A stretch of DNA of 64,000 nucleotides from Candidatus Daviesbacteria bacterium (lineage in GTDB: Bacteria > Patescibacteriota > Microgenomatia > Daviesbacterales > UBA10151). The notes under the pieces are model-generated. The model worked only from the letters and a program-made list of their open reading frames with translations. It searched no databases and was not told the origin of the DNA. The translations under genes were made by a program, and so were the position numbers. The DNA lies in NCBI GenBank assembly GCA_028715175.1, contig JAQUSJ010000001.1, forward strand, positions 546,386 to 610,385, read 5' to 3'. Shown here piece by piece: positions 9,148 to 17,803 of this stretch; within the stretch, counting starts at the first letter, position 1, and each line of letters starts with the position of its first letter.

Positions 9148-10789
9148 CAATAATTTAAATGACAATGATATGGATAATCTAGCTTTGGCTTACTGCCGGA
9201 AGTCAGAAGAAGATAAAAAGAGACAGATACTATCCCTTGATGATCAAGTTGAAGAATGTAATAAGCTAGTTGACGATCACAGTCTCACTTTAGCAACTCC
9301 TCATTTTAAAGAAGAGAAATCAGCAAAAAAAGCAGGCATGAGAATTGAGTTTTACAGAATGCTTAGCCTGCTTAAAAGCGGTAAGGCTAAGGTAATAGTC
9401 TGCTGGAATGCTAACCGTCTAGCCAGAAATATGATAGATGGTAGTGAAATAATTGATTTAGTCCAGCATAAAGAGCTTAGGATTATTACACCATACACGC
9501 AGTATGATTACTCCAACTGGTTCATGCTTCTAATAGAATTCGGAATGTCTACAGACTTCAGCTTGAAGCTCTCTAAAGACGTCAAAAGGGGCTTAGAATC
9601 AAAAGTAGCTAAAGGAATAAGGCCAGGCTTAACGCCACTTGGATATTTGAATGTAGGAGAAATTAAGGGTGAAAAAAGTATTGAGGTAGACCCTCAGAGA
9701 TATGAATTATGTGCTAGATGGTGGGGAATGATGTTAACCGGTAAATATACTGTTGAGCAGTCTTTACAGGAAATAACAGTAATGGGTTTGCGGGATAGGA
9801 GAGGAGATAAAATCTCCAGAACTGCTGCTTTTAAAATTTTCCATAATATCTTTTATGCAGGGTACTTTAACTATTTAGGTCAAATCCATAAAGGAATCCA
9901 AAAGCCAATGATTACACTTGATGAGTTCAATAAGGTTCAGGACATCATTACTGGTAAATTTGGTGGTAGATATAAACATGAAACCGAAAGGAAATCTCTT
10001 CCTCTATCTGGATTTATAAAATGTTCTGAATGCGGAGCTACTATCACCTGTGAGCGAAAAACCAAGCATTACAAAAACGGTACAACCCAGGAATTTAGCT
10101 GGTACAGATGCAAGAAAAACAAAAATCACCCTTGTAGCCAACTGTATATGCCTTCAGAAGAGTTGGAAAAACAAGTAGGAGCGTATATAAACAATCTGGA
10201 ACTTGATCCAAGATTTATTGGTTGGGTTAAGACTGTTTTAAGAAGAAGGAATCAAGACGAGTTTGAATTTGACCGCAAACAAAGGGAATTACTGATGAAA
10301 AAACTTCAAGAGCTAAGCAGTAGGAAAGAGATAATCTTCGGGATGAAAATTGACGGACTTTACCAAGACGCAGAATACAAACAAAAAGTTGCAGAAGTTT
10401 TAAGGGAAGAAGCAGATATTAAGGAAAAACTCAATTCCAATAGAATATCTTATTGGGAAGGGGTTATTGACCAAACTTTAGATTTTGCTCAAACTGTATT
10501 TGAATTATTCAATAATAAAGATCCTTATGTCAAACGGTTAGTACTTCAAATTCTTGGGTCGGACCTAAAAATAAGGGACAAATATCTTTATCTTGAAGCT
10601 AAATCTGTATTTATCTTCTTAAGAAACAAACAAAACACCCTTTTTGAAAAACACGGAATAGTCGGACTCAAAGATGGGCTGCTACGACAACCTAAACAGG
10701 ATAATTATATCCTTCCAATTCCTCTTGGAGCGGGTGAGGGGAGTCGAACCCCTTACGTCCACTTTGGAAAAGTGGCATTCTACCGGTGA
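9140..10789 (+). CDS. Large serine recombinase (integrase)
   Basis: YCRKSEE...Q..SLDDQ catalytic motif, NRLARN, recombinase domain, CSECG...YRC...C Zn ribbon and coiled coil. The 3' end runs antisense through tRNA-Gly. Confidence 0.93.
   Translation: MSSNNLNDNDMDNLALAYCRKSEEDKKRQILSLDDQVEECNKLVDDHSLTLATPHFKEEKSAKKAGMRIEFYRMLSLLKSGKAKVIVCWNANRLARNMIDGSEIIDLVQHKELRIITPYTQYDYSNWFMLLIEFGMSTDFSLKLSKDVKRGLESKVAKGIRPGLTPLGYLNVGEIKGEKSIEVDPQRYELCARWWGMMLTGKYTVEQSLQEITVMGLRDRRGDKISRTAAFKIFHNIFYAGYFNYLGQIHKGIQKPMITLDEFNKVQDIITGKFGGRYKHETERKSLPLSGFIKCSECGATITCERKTKHYKNGTTQEFSWYRCKKNKNHPCSQLYMPSEELEKQVGAYINNLELDPRFIGWVKTVLRRRNQDEFEFDRKQRELLMKKLQELSSRKEIIFGMKIDGLYQDAEYKQKVAEVLREEADIKEKLNSNRISYWEGVIDQTLDFAQTVFELFNNKDPYVKRLVLQILGSDLKIRDKYLYLEAKSVFIFLRNKQNTLFEKHGIVGLKDGLLRQPKQDNYILPIPLGAGEGSRTPYVHFGKVAFYR
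10725..10740. repeat. att site (tRNA-proximal copy)
   Basis: Identical to 364-379. Confidence 0.9.
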
Positions 10790-10800
10790 ATTACACCCGC
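10726..10800 (-). tRNA. tRNA-Gly(TCC)
   Basis: Cloverleaf with anticodon arm CCACT-TTTCCAA-AGTGG. CCA encoded. Confidence 0.95.
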
Positions 10801-10856
10801 GAAGTAAATTATATTGTACTCAAAAATGCTCTCTTTTTTCAAGAAAATAATGGATA

Positions 10857-11594
10857 TCAGTAAATTTCGTAGCTTAGGGTAACTATTACTTTAATCTCGG
10901 AAGACCCTGGTTCCACTGCTGTTTTTAAGTTTACACTTTCAGCCGGTGCCCCAACCGCCATCCGCAACGGCTGAGGGCTTAAGTCAAAGTTTTCCGAGTA
11001 ATTAACTATTCTGCCCAACCTGAATCCGGCAATTCTAGCAGCACTTTCAGCTTTCTTTTTGGCCGCAGCCACTGCTTTTTGTCTGGCTTCATCTTCTAAT
11101 TTGCTTTTATCATCTACATCAAAACTGATTCCTCCTATTTGATTTGCTCCGTTTCCTGTAGCCGAATCTATCACTTGATTAACATTATCAATACTGCGGA
11201 CTTTTATTGACAAATTAGTTGAAGCCGAGTAACCGGTAATGCGTTGTGAGCCACTCGAATAGTCATAAGTAGGATTAATGTTGTAGCTTGCTGTCTGAAT
11301 ATCTTTTTGTTCAACACCAGATTTTTTAATGGCAGCTGCCACATTATTGATAGTGGAATTGATCTGGTCTTGCGCGACTTTGACTGTATTGGCCTCCGCT
11401 TGAATACCGACAACCAGAATTGCCATATCCGGTTTTGCAACTGCAACACCTTCACCCGAAACATTAAAAGTATCTGTTTTAGTTGTGTTTACACTATTTA
11501 CTGAAAAGGGGATTGGCCCAAAAACTTTAGTGTAAATGAGTAAAAGCACAAAAAATGCCAGAATGGAAATGATAAAAGTGGCAAGACTTCTCAT
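10857..11594 (-). CDS. SIMPL/DUF541 domain protein
   Basis: VSGEG...KPD, IQT..YNINPTYDY, GAN.IGGISF and PG...I.V.V motifs. Confidence 0.88.
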   Translation of the reverse strand: MRSLATFIISILAFFVLLLIYTKVFGPIPFSVNSVNTTKTDTFNVSGEGVAVAKPDMAILVVGIQAEANTVKVAQDQINSTINNVAAAIKKSGVEQKDIQTASYNINPTYDYSSGSQRITGYSASTNLSIKVRSIDNVNQVIDSATGNGANQIGGISFDVDDKSKLEDEARQKAVAAAKKKAESAARIAGFRLGRIVNYSENFDLSPQPLRMAVGAPAESVNLKTAVEPGSSEIKVIVTLSYEIY

Positions 11595-11623
11595 ACAGTA
11601 GTATTATAACATCTAAATCTATA

Positions 11624-12733
11624 ATGATAAAAACCAATTTTGTCCGTTTTCTTTATCAAAACTTGTTAAAACCAGTCTTTTTCAAGATAGACCCGGAATC
11701 AATCCATGATTTTATGACCTGGGTTGGCATGCTCCTGGGTAAAAGCAAAATCACAAAAAGCATTACCGCCTTTTTTCTTACTTATTCCCATCCCTCTCTG
11801 GAGCAGAAAATTTTAGGGATAAAATTTAATAACCCTGTCGGGTTGGCTGCAGGATTTGATAAAAATGCCAGGCTCACACAAATTTTACCCTCGGTTGGAT
11901 TTGGCTTTACCGAAATCGGCACAATCACAGGTGAGCCTTGTTCCGGCAATCCCAAACCCCGCCTTTGGCGGTTAAAGGAGTCTAAAAGTTTGCTGGTCTA
12001 TTACGGCCTTAAAAATGACGGTTGTGAAACGATTTCAAACAGGCTGGAAAAAGAAAAATTTACCATTCCCGTTATTACCAGTATTGGAAAAACTAATTGT
12101 CAAGAAACTGTTGATAGAGAAGCCGGGATTAAAGATTATGTTAAAGCTTACAAACGCTTTACTGACATCGGACATTTTTTTGATATAAACTTAAGTTGTC
12201 CCAATGCCTTTGGCGGCCAACCATTTTCTGATCCCCAAAGTCTAGATCAACTATTAGAGGAGATAGATAAAATTGCCACCCAAAAACCCGTTTTTCTAAA
12301 AGTTTCTCCTGATTTGACTGATCAACAAATTGATGAAATCTTAAGTGTAGTCTCAAAACATAAAGTCGCAGGATTTATTTGTACTAACTTAACTAAAGAT
12401 TTCCAAAAAGCAAAAGCAAAAATCTCTGACAAAAAGTTTCCGGAAAAAGGCGGGATCAGCGGCAAAGTGGTGGAGGATTTAGCAAATGATTTAATACAAA
12501 AAATTTATCTAAAAACTAAAGGGGAATATATCATTATTGGCTGTGGGGGAGTTTTTTCTGCAGAAGACGCCTATAAAAAGATTAAACTCGGGGCTTCGCT
12601 TGTAGAGCTGATAACAGGAATGATTTTTGAAGGTCCCCAACTAATTTCCGAAATCAACCAGGGATTGGTGAAACTTTTGCAAAAAGACGGCTACAAAAAT
12701 ATCTCAGAGGCAGTTGGTGCTAATAACCCTTAG
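11624..12733 (+). CDS. pyrD: Quinone-dependent (class 2) dihydroorotate dehydrogenase
   Basis: NPVGLAAGFDKN, GNPKPRLWRL, NLSCPN, KVSPD and GGISG motifs. Confidence 0.92.
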   Translation: MIKTNFVRFLYQNLLKPVFFKIDPESIHDFMTWVGMLLGKSKITKSITAFFLTYSHPSLEQKILGIKFNNPVGLAAGFDKNARLTQILPSVGFGFTEIGTITGEPCSGNPKPRLWRLKESKSLLVYYGLKNDGCETISNRLEKEKFTIPVITSIGKTNCQETVDREAGIKDYVKAYKRFTDIGHFFDINLSCPNAFGGQPFSDPQSLDQLLEEIDKIATQKPVFLKVSPDLTDQQIDEILSVVSKHKVAGFICTNLTKDFQKAKAKISDKKFPEKGGISGKVVEDLANDLIQKIYLKTKGEYIIIGCGGVFSAEDAYKKIKLGASLVELITGMIFEGPQLISEINQGLVKLLQKDGYKNISEAVGANNP

Positions 12734-12808
12734 GTCGAATCGTTAGATCCGCCTCCGCTTCGCTTCGGCCAGGTCTTCTACTTTCGGCCGAAACTCTAAA
12801 ATTGTCGA

Positions 12809-12843
12809 ATGATAACTATAGTATGTAGAACTACAATTAGCAA
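12809..12843 (+). promoter_or_regulatory. Putative C-box operator of the R-M controller
   Basis: ATGATAACTATAGTATGTAGAACTACAATTAGCAA: ACTATAGT palindrome, central GT and a degenerate second box, upstream of the C gene. Confidence 0.45.
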
Positions 12844-12865
12844 ATACGTATAATTCATTCGTTAT

Positions 12866-13081
12866 ATGAAGAAAGATATCCTGATTAGATTTGGTAAAAA
12901 GATTCGTGAAGAACGGAAGAAGCTAGGTTTGTCGCAAGAAGAATTTGCTGATAGGGCAAGTGTTCATAGAACATATATAGGAATGGTCGAGCGTGGAGAG
13001 AAAAATATCACCCTTGAAAGCATCGAAAAAGTGATTAAAGCGCTCAACCTGAAATTATCGGACTTTTTCAGAGACTTTTAA
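12866..13081 (+). CDS. R-M controller (C) protein, XRE HTH
   Basis: FGKKIR...SQEEFA...HRTYIGMVERGEKNITL; directly precedes the endonuclease gene. Confidence 0.85.
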   Translation: MKKDILIRFGKKIREERKKLGLSQEEFADRASVHRTYIGMVERGEKNITLESIEKVIKALNLKLSDFFRDF

Positions 13082-13082
13082 T

Positions 13083-13913
13083 ATGACATCCTTTGATCAG
13101 TTTTTAAGTAAGTTGGAACAAAGTTTTAAAGGCAAGAACCCGATTATTTGCAGCGTATTAGCTAACGTTTTCTCTATGCGGATCATTGGCAACAAAACGC
13201 ATGGAGATCTTGCCGAAATTGCCCTTACTGAATACATCAATCAATTCGTTGACGGTTTTTCTGCACGTCATACCGGCAAGGAAAAATTTAGAGCAAAAGA
13301 ATTTGAGGAAGACATTAGAGTTAAAGATCTTAAGACGAAATCAGAAATTCCTGTGAGCATAAAAACTTATGGTGCTGGTCCATTGCAATTATCTACAAAT
13401 AAAGACGGTTCTATGTTTGCACTACTACAAAAGATTGTGAACGATCAAAACATTAGCGACATAGGTAAAATCAGAAAAATTTTGAATGGACGCTGTTTTG
13501 CAGATTTCAGCGCAGTAAATGTTCTTCCACTCATTTATAACGAGAGGCAAATGAATTTCAAAATTGTGGTGTTTAACTTAATTCATGCTTATCAATCTGT
13601 TAGACAAATCAAATTTTTCCCGCCAAGAAGATTGGGATCTAAACAAACATTCCCTATATATAAATTCTATACTGGAAAGGGGCAATACATTTTTGAAGTA
13701 AGATACGGTGGAGTAAGTGCTAATGCACTACAAAGAGGTATGTGGACACACACGGAAAATGCTAATCCCTACTTTAGGGAACTGCTTGCAGGCTCATATA
13801 GAATCAATGAGCCATTAATCAATTTAATTTCAAAGATCCTTGTTTCTCCAAAAGAGAAGCACGAAGAAATATTGAAGCTATTCCCGAAATCTAAAGAAAA
13901 ATCTGTAATATAA
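13083..13913 (+). CDS. Putative type II restriction endonuclease
   Basis: Lies between the C gene and the MTase. E...ED...SIK resembles a PD-(D/E)XK site. Confidence 0.6.
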   Translation: MTSFDQFLSKLEQSFKGKNPIICSVLANVFSMRIIGNKTHGDLAEIALTEYINQFVDGFSARHTGKEKFRAKEFEEDIRVKDLKTKSEIPVSIKTYGAGPLQLSTNKDGSMFALLQKIVNDQNISDIGKIRKILNGRCFADFSAVNVLPLIYNERQMNFKIVVFNLIHAYQSVRQIKFFPPRRLGSKQTFPIYKFYTGKGQYIFEVRYGGVSANALQRGMWTHTENANPYFRELLAGSYRINEPLINLISKILVSPKEKHEEILKLFPKSKEKSVI

Positions 13914-13967
13914 CTCTCGATATATATAATACCCGGTTTCTGCTAAAATAATAACGAGGATATTGAC

Positions 13968-15161
13968 ATGCAAACTCAGGGTATTAAATATACAGGATCA
14001 AAAAGAGAAATAATACCTACTCTACTTAAATTAGTAGCTTCGTTAAATGTTAGAACCATTTTTGATGGATTCTCTGGTACCACAAGAGTTTCGCAAGCTT
14101 TCAAAAATGCCGGTTATACTGTATACGCAAATGATATTGCCATATGGTCTAAAGTTTTTGGGCAGTGCTATCTCCTGAATAGAAAATCCGCCTCTTATTA
14201 TCTACCATTGATTGACCATCTAAATAAAATTCCGGGTAAACCAGGCTGGTTTTCAGAACACTATGGCGGAGAAGCAAATGGTGGTAGTGCCGTAAATAAA
14301 GACGGAAGAAAAAGAATGTGGCAATTACACAATACTATGAAGCTTGATGCTATACGAGAGGAAATCGATAAAATTGCTAATGACGAAATTGAAAAATCAG
14401 TACTTCTCACTAGTCTAATTTTAGCGATGGATAAAGTTGATAGTTCTGTTGGTCACCACGTTTCTTATCTAAAACAATGGGCTTCTCGTGCTTACAATTT
14501 AATGAAAATGGAGATTCCAAGATTAATAATCGATGATAAAAATCACAAGGTTTTCAATGATGATATTTTTGATTTACTTGATCAAGTAGAAGTTGATTTG
14601 GCTTATTATGATCCACCATACGGTTCATCTAATGAACTCATGCCCCCATCGCGTGTGCGATACGCTTCTTACTACCATATTTGGAAAACTGTTTGTATTA
14701 ACGATAAACCAAAAGTTGTAGGTGTTGCCAATCGACGCGAAGATGTAAGCGATGTGATTGCCGGATCCGTTTTTGAGGAGTTTAGGAAAAACGAAGACGG
14801 TAGATATATTGTTATAAACGCTCTTAAGAAACTAATAGAAAAGACGAAAGCAAAATATATTGTTTTGTCATATAGCAATAATGGAAGAGCAACGCTTGAT
14901 GCAATTCTTGAAATTTTACAAGAACTTAACATACCATGTTCTATTTTTGAAATGGATTATAAGAAAAACGTTATGGCAACAATGACGTGGACAAATGAAT
15001 GGCTTAACGGAGGAAATGCGCATAATCTACAAAATAAAGAATTTCTTTTCCTGATACAAAAGGGTGGAGTTGCTAAGACGGTAGGAGAAATTAAGATTGA
15101 AAAAATTAACTTGCGAGAAATAATAGATAAGAATCAACAGAAATTACCCTATTTTAATTAG
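13968..15161 (+). CDS. N6-adenine DNA methyltransferase (D12/Dam-like class)
   Basis: KYTGSK, DGFSGT, AND and YYDPPY motifs. Confidence 0.9.
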   Translation: MQTQGIKYTGSKREIIPTLLKLVASLNVRTIFDGFSGTTRVSQAFKNAGYTVYANDIAIWSKVFGQCYLLNRKSASYYLPLIDHLNKIPGKPGWFSEHYGGEANGGSAVNKDGRKRMWQLHNTMKLDAIREEIDKIANDEIEKSVLLTSLILAMDKVDSSVGHHVSYLKQWASRAYNLMKMEIPRLIIDDKNHKVFNDDIFDLLDQVEVDLAYYDPPYGSSNELMPPSRVRYASYYHIWKTVCINDKPKVVGVANRREDVSDVIAGSVFEEFRKNEDGRYIVINALKKLIEKTKAKYIVLSYSNNGRATLDAILEILQELNIPCSIFEMDYKKNVMATMTWTNEWLNGGNAHNLQNKEFLFLIQKGGVAKTVGEIKIEKINLREIIDKNQQKLPYFN

Positions 15162-15263
15162 GAAATTAATCATTTGCTGCATTTTTTGACTAAATAATCT
15201 TTATTCAACCGCCCCCATCCGCGCAGAACCAATCCAAGCTCAATTCTGCGGATTCACTTTCGG

Positions 15264-15335
15264 TCGGGGTGGAGAGAATTGAACTCTCTACATCTGCGTC
15301 CCAAACGCAGCGGTCTACCGATGACCTACACCCCG
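15264..15335 (-). tRNA. tRNA-Pro(TGG)
   Basis: Anticodon arm CTGCG-TTTGGGA-CGCAG. Confidence 0.93.
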
Positions 15336-15422
15336 TGGTGCCCAGGGAGGGACTCGAACCCTCACGTCCTTGCGGACAACAGCTCTTAAGGCTGCACTGT
15401 CTACCAATTCCAGCACCTGGGC
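15336..15422 (-). tRNA. tRNA-Leu(TAA)
   Basis: Anticodon arm GCAGC-CTTAAGA-GCTGT with long variable arm. Its CCA abuts tRNA-Pro. Confidence 0.93.
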
Positions 15423-15468
15423 TTCTCACTTCGTTCGAAGTAAACTAGAGTATTGTAACAAAAAAGTA

Positions 15469-15497
15469 TTGACATTTGAAAGAACGTGCATTATTCT
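15469..15497 (+). promoter_or_regulatory. Sigma70-type promoter (probably a leaderless transcript)
   Basis: TTGACA-17nt-TATTCT, 7 nt before the ATG at 15505. Confidence 0.65.
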
Positions 15498-15504
15498 ACT
15501 CCTG

Positions 15505-16173
15505 ATGTCAAACCTCCAGAAAAAAATATTCTTTTTAGCGCTTTTTTCTATCTTAGGCTTTATTGCCCTGCAAATCCCTTTTAATAAAGTTATGGGTTCT
15601 AATGTATCTTTTACCATGTTTGATTTCTTCGGGCCAATGGCAGGAGGATTTTTAGGGCCTGTCTTGGGGATAGCCTCTGTATTTGCCGTAGAAACAGTTA
15701 ATATCTGGATTAAACAAACTCCGCTTACGACAAGCACAATTATCAGGCTTTTCCCGACGCTTTTTGCGGTTTTCTATTTTGCGGTCATTACCAACAAAAA
15801 ATATCAGGGAAGATGGATTTTGGCTGTTCCTGTCCTCTGTATCCTTTTCTTTATAGTACACCCGATTGGTAGACAAGTTCCATATTATCCTTTAATGTTT
15901 TGGTGGATTCCTGTTGCTGCTTATTTTAAAAGAAGCAATCTGTTCCTGAGAAGTTTGGGCGCTACTTTCACAGCCCATGCCGTAGGCAGCACTGCTTTCC
16001 TTTATGCCTTAAATCTGCCGGTGACTGTTTGGCAAAGCTTGCCTCCGATAGTAGTTTGTGAAAGGCTGCTTTTTGCCACAGGAATTACCGTATCTTACTT
16101 GGCAGTAAAATACACGCTTTCATTCCTGGCCTCTAAAAAACTGCTTCCAAAGCTGGAAATAGCTTCCTCCTGA
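15505..16173 (+). CDS. Integral membrane protein, possibly ECF S-component-like
   Basis: About 6 TM segments. Start moved to 15505 to avoid overlapping the tRNA. Confidence 0.6.
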   Translation: MSNLQKKIFFLALFSILGFIALQIPFNKVMGSNVSFTMFDFFGPMAGGFLGPVLGIASVFAVETVNIWIKQTPLTTSTIIRLFPTLFAVFYFAVITNKKYQGRWILAVPVLCILFFIVHPIGRQVPYYPLMFWWIPVAAYFKRSNLFLRSLGATFTAHAVGSTAFLYALNLPVTVWQSLPPIVVCERLLFATGITVSYLAVKYTLSFLASKKLLPKLEIASS

Positions 16174-16260
16174 AAAAATCCTACTAAAAATCCATGCCTT
16201 TCATCACTAAAAAGCACAGATTCTAGCTTTACTTATACTACAAGTTAACCGGGAAAAATT

Positions 16261-16521
16261 TTAACGGTCTTCTCTTGGTCTGGCAATGTTAACAACGATC
16301 TTACGACCATCAACATCTGCACCGTTTAAGTTTTTGACTGCGTTTTGAGCTTCCTCATCGGTTGACATCTCAACGAAACCAAATCCTCTTGACCTTCCTG
16401 TTTCGCGGTCTTTAACAACTTGTGCGCTGATAACATTACCTGCTTGAGCAAAAAGCTCAGCAAGCTTGGCATCATCAACACCCCAAGGCAGGGAACCTAC
16501 GAATAATTTCTTATTGTTCAA
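16261..16521 (-). CDS. RRM RNA-binding protein
   Basis: KLFVGSL and RSRGFGFVEM RNP motifs. TTG start with a GAGGGTG RBS. Confidence 0.93.
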   Translation of the reverse strand: MNNKKLFVGSLPWGVDDAKLAELFAQAGNVISAQVVKDRETGRSRGFGFVEMSTDEEAQNAVKNLNGADVDGRKIVVNIARPREDR

Positions 16522-16644
16522 AAAAATTCACCTCTCTTTCTTTTTAGATTTTGTGGAGGTGAATTACTGTAAAAACACTAAATACACTCTACTCACATAA
16601 ATAGTATCACACATCTCCCGCAAAATAGCAAATACCCCAAAATT

Positions 16645-16678
16645 ATCACGCAATAATCGCGCAACTTATCGCGCATTA
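16645..16678. repeat. 34-bp direct repeat, copy 1 (3' end of the fic gene)
   Basis: ATCACGCAATAATCGCGCAACTTATCGCGCATTA is identical to 17750-17783. Confidence 0.92.
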
Positions 16679-17730
16679 TGCAGGGCATAGTAGGAACTGG
16701 GACCTTTACCGTTCAATTTAAGAAGACCCTTGCCTGATAAATTCTGCAATTTAAGTTGTGCCGTTCTTTTAGCCACCTTTAAAATATCCACCACATCTTC
16801 CGAAGTAATTCTACCAGTGGTGGTTAAAAAATCCATAATTTGAATCTCATCCCTGTCCAAAAAGATCTGCTCGCTCTTTTTACTAACCTTGCCAAATCCA
16901 ATAGATTGAATTTGTTCCAGTACTTTTCTTGCCTCAATCAAAAATCCGGTGGTAAAATATTCCAGCCACAAGGTAAAATCCATATCCGCTGAGTAGGTTT
17001 TGCCTTGAGATTTGTTTTCAGCGCTGTAATAAGACATTCTATCTCTGTTGTAGTAGTCTTCCAAAACCAGGATTTTCCTGAAATCCCAGCCATCTCTGTA
17101 CAACTGAAGCTGGGTTAAAAGTCTTGCTACCCTGCCATTGCCGTCTGTAAATGGATGGATAGTCACAAATTGCAAGTGCAGGATGCCGGCCCTGATGATT
17201 GGATGAACACCTTCTTTTTTCGATTCCTTAAACCACTTCAGCAAATCATCAACCATTTTTTTCACCTTACCGGCAGGGGGAGCTTTAAATCTGACCATTT
17301 CACGGCCATCACCCAAATCATCCAAAACATACACATCGGCAGGTCTAAATTTACCGGTTTTTTCTTTGTCCACCAAACCGGAAATTACTATCCTGTGCAA
17401 ATGTAAAACTTCCTCAAGCGTAATATCTCCTTTCTTTTTAGCCATTTCATCAAGGAGTTTTAACGCATTATAATAATTTTCTACCTCCAGGATATCTTTT
17501 TGAGAAGCCCTTACGGTTTTTCCCTCCAATACCTTTCCCACTTCAAATTGAGCAAGCTTATTTCCCTCAATGCTGGTTGAGGTATGGGCCATACGGAGTA
17601 TTGCCTGACGACGCAATTGTGCTTCGTTTAGGGGGAGCACCCTTGACCTTTCAACAGCGGCTTTTATTTCAGCAATCTCTGCAATCCGGGAAAGTATGGT
17701 CGAGGTAATATTATATTGAGGTTTTAACAT
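16666..17730 (-). CDS. Fic-family protein with C-terminal wHTH
   Basis: HPFTDGNGRVAR catalytic motif and STSIEGN inhibitory motif. TATAAT 6 nt before the ATG. Confidence 0.93.
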   Translation of the reverse strand: MLKPQYNITSTILSRIAEIAEIKAAVERSRVLPLNEAQLRRQAILRMAHTSTSIEGNKLAQFEVGKVLEGKTVRASQKDILEVENYYNALKLLDEMAKKKGDITLEEVLHLHRIVISGLVDKEKTGKFRPADVYVLDDLGDGREMVRFKAPPAGKVKKMVDDLLKWFKESKKEGVHPIIRAGILHLQFVTIHPFTDGNGRVARLLTQLQLYRDGWDFRKILVLEDYYNRDRMSYYSAENKSQGKTYSADMDFTLWLEYFTTGFLIEARKVLEQIQSIGFGKVSKKSEQIFLDRDEIQIMDFLTTTGRITSEDVVDILKVAKRTAQLKLQNLSGKGLLKLNGKGPSSYYALHNAR

Positions 17731-17749
17731 ATGCATATTATACCATATA

Positions 17750-17783
17750 ATCACGCAATAATCGCGCAACTTATCGCGCATTA
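17750..17783. repeat. 34-bp direct repeat, copy 2 (fic promoter region)
   Basis: Identical to 16645-16678. Confidence 0.92.
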
Positions 17784-17803
17784 GTCTATGGTAATATCTT
17801 TAC

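Larger units (their letters stand above)
364..10740. mobile_element. Integrative element at tRNA-Gly(TCC) with a large serine recombinase
   Basis: 16-bp direct repeats, integrase abutting the tRNA, accessory cargo, and no capsid or conjugation genes recognised. Confidence 0.88.

Noticed and set aside
364-10740. Calling the element a prophage
   Set aside because: No terminase, capsid, portal, tail or lysis genes are recognisable.
15205-15260. Possible small RNA downstream of tRNA-Pro
   Set aside because: Only a single imperfect hairpin, more simply a terminator or processing stem.
15205-15504. ORF 15205-15429 and the 5' extension of ORF 15370
   Set aside because: They overlap tRNA-Pro and tRNA-Leu; the likely real start is 15505, behind a clear promoter.
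16645-17783. 34-bp repeat as a CRISPR repeat
   Set aside because: Only two copies 1.1 kb apart, no spacer array, and no cas genes in the window.
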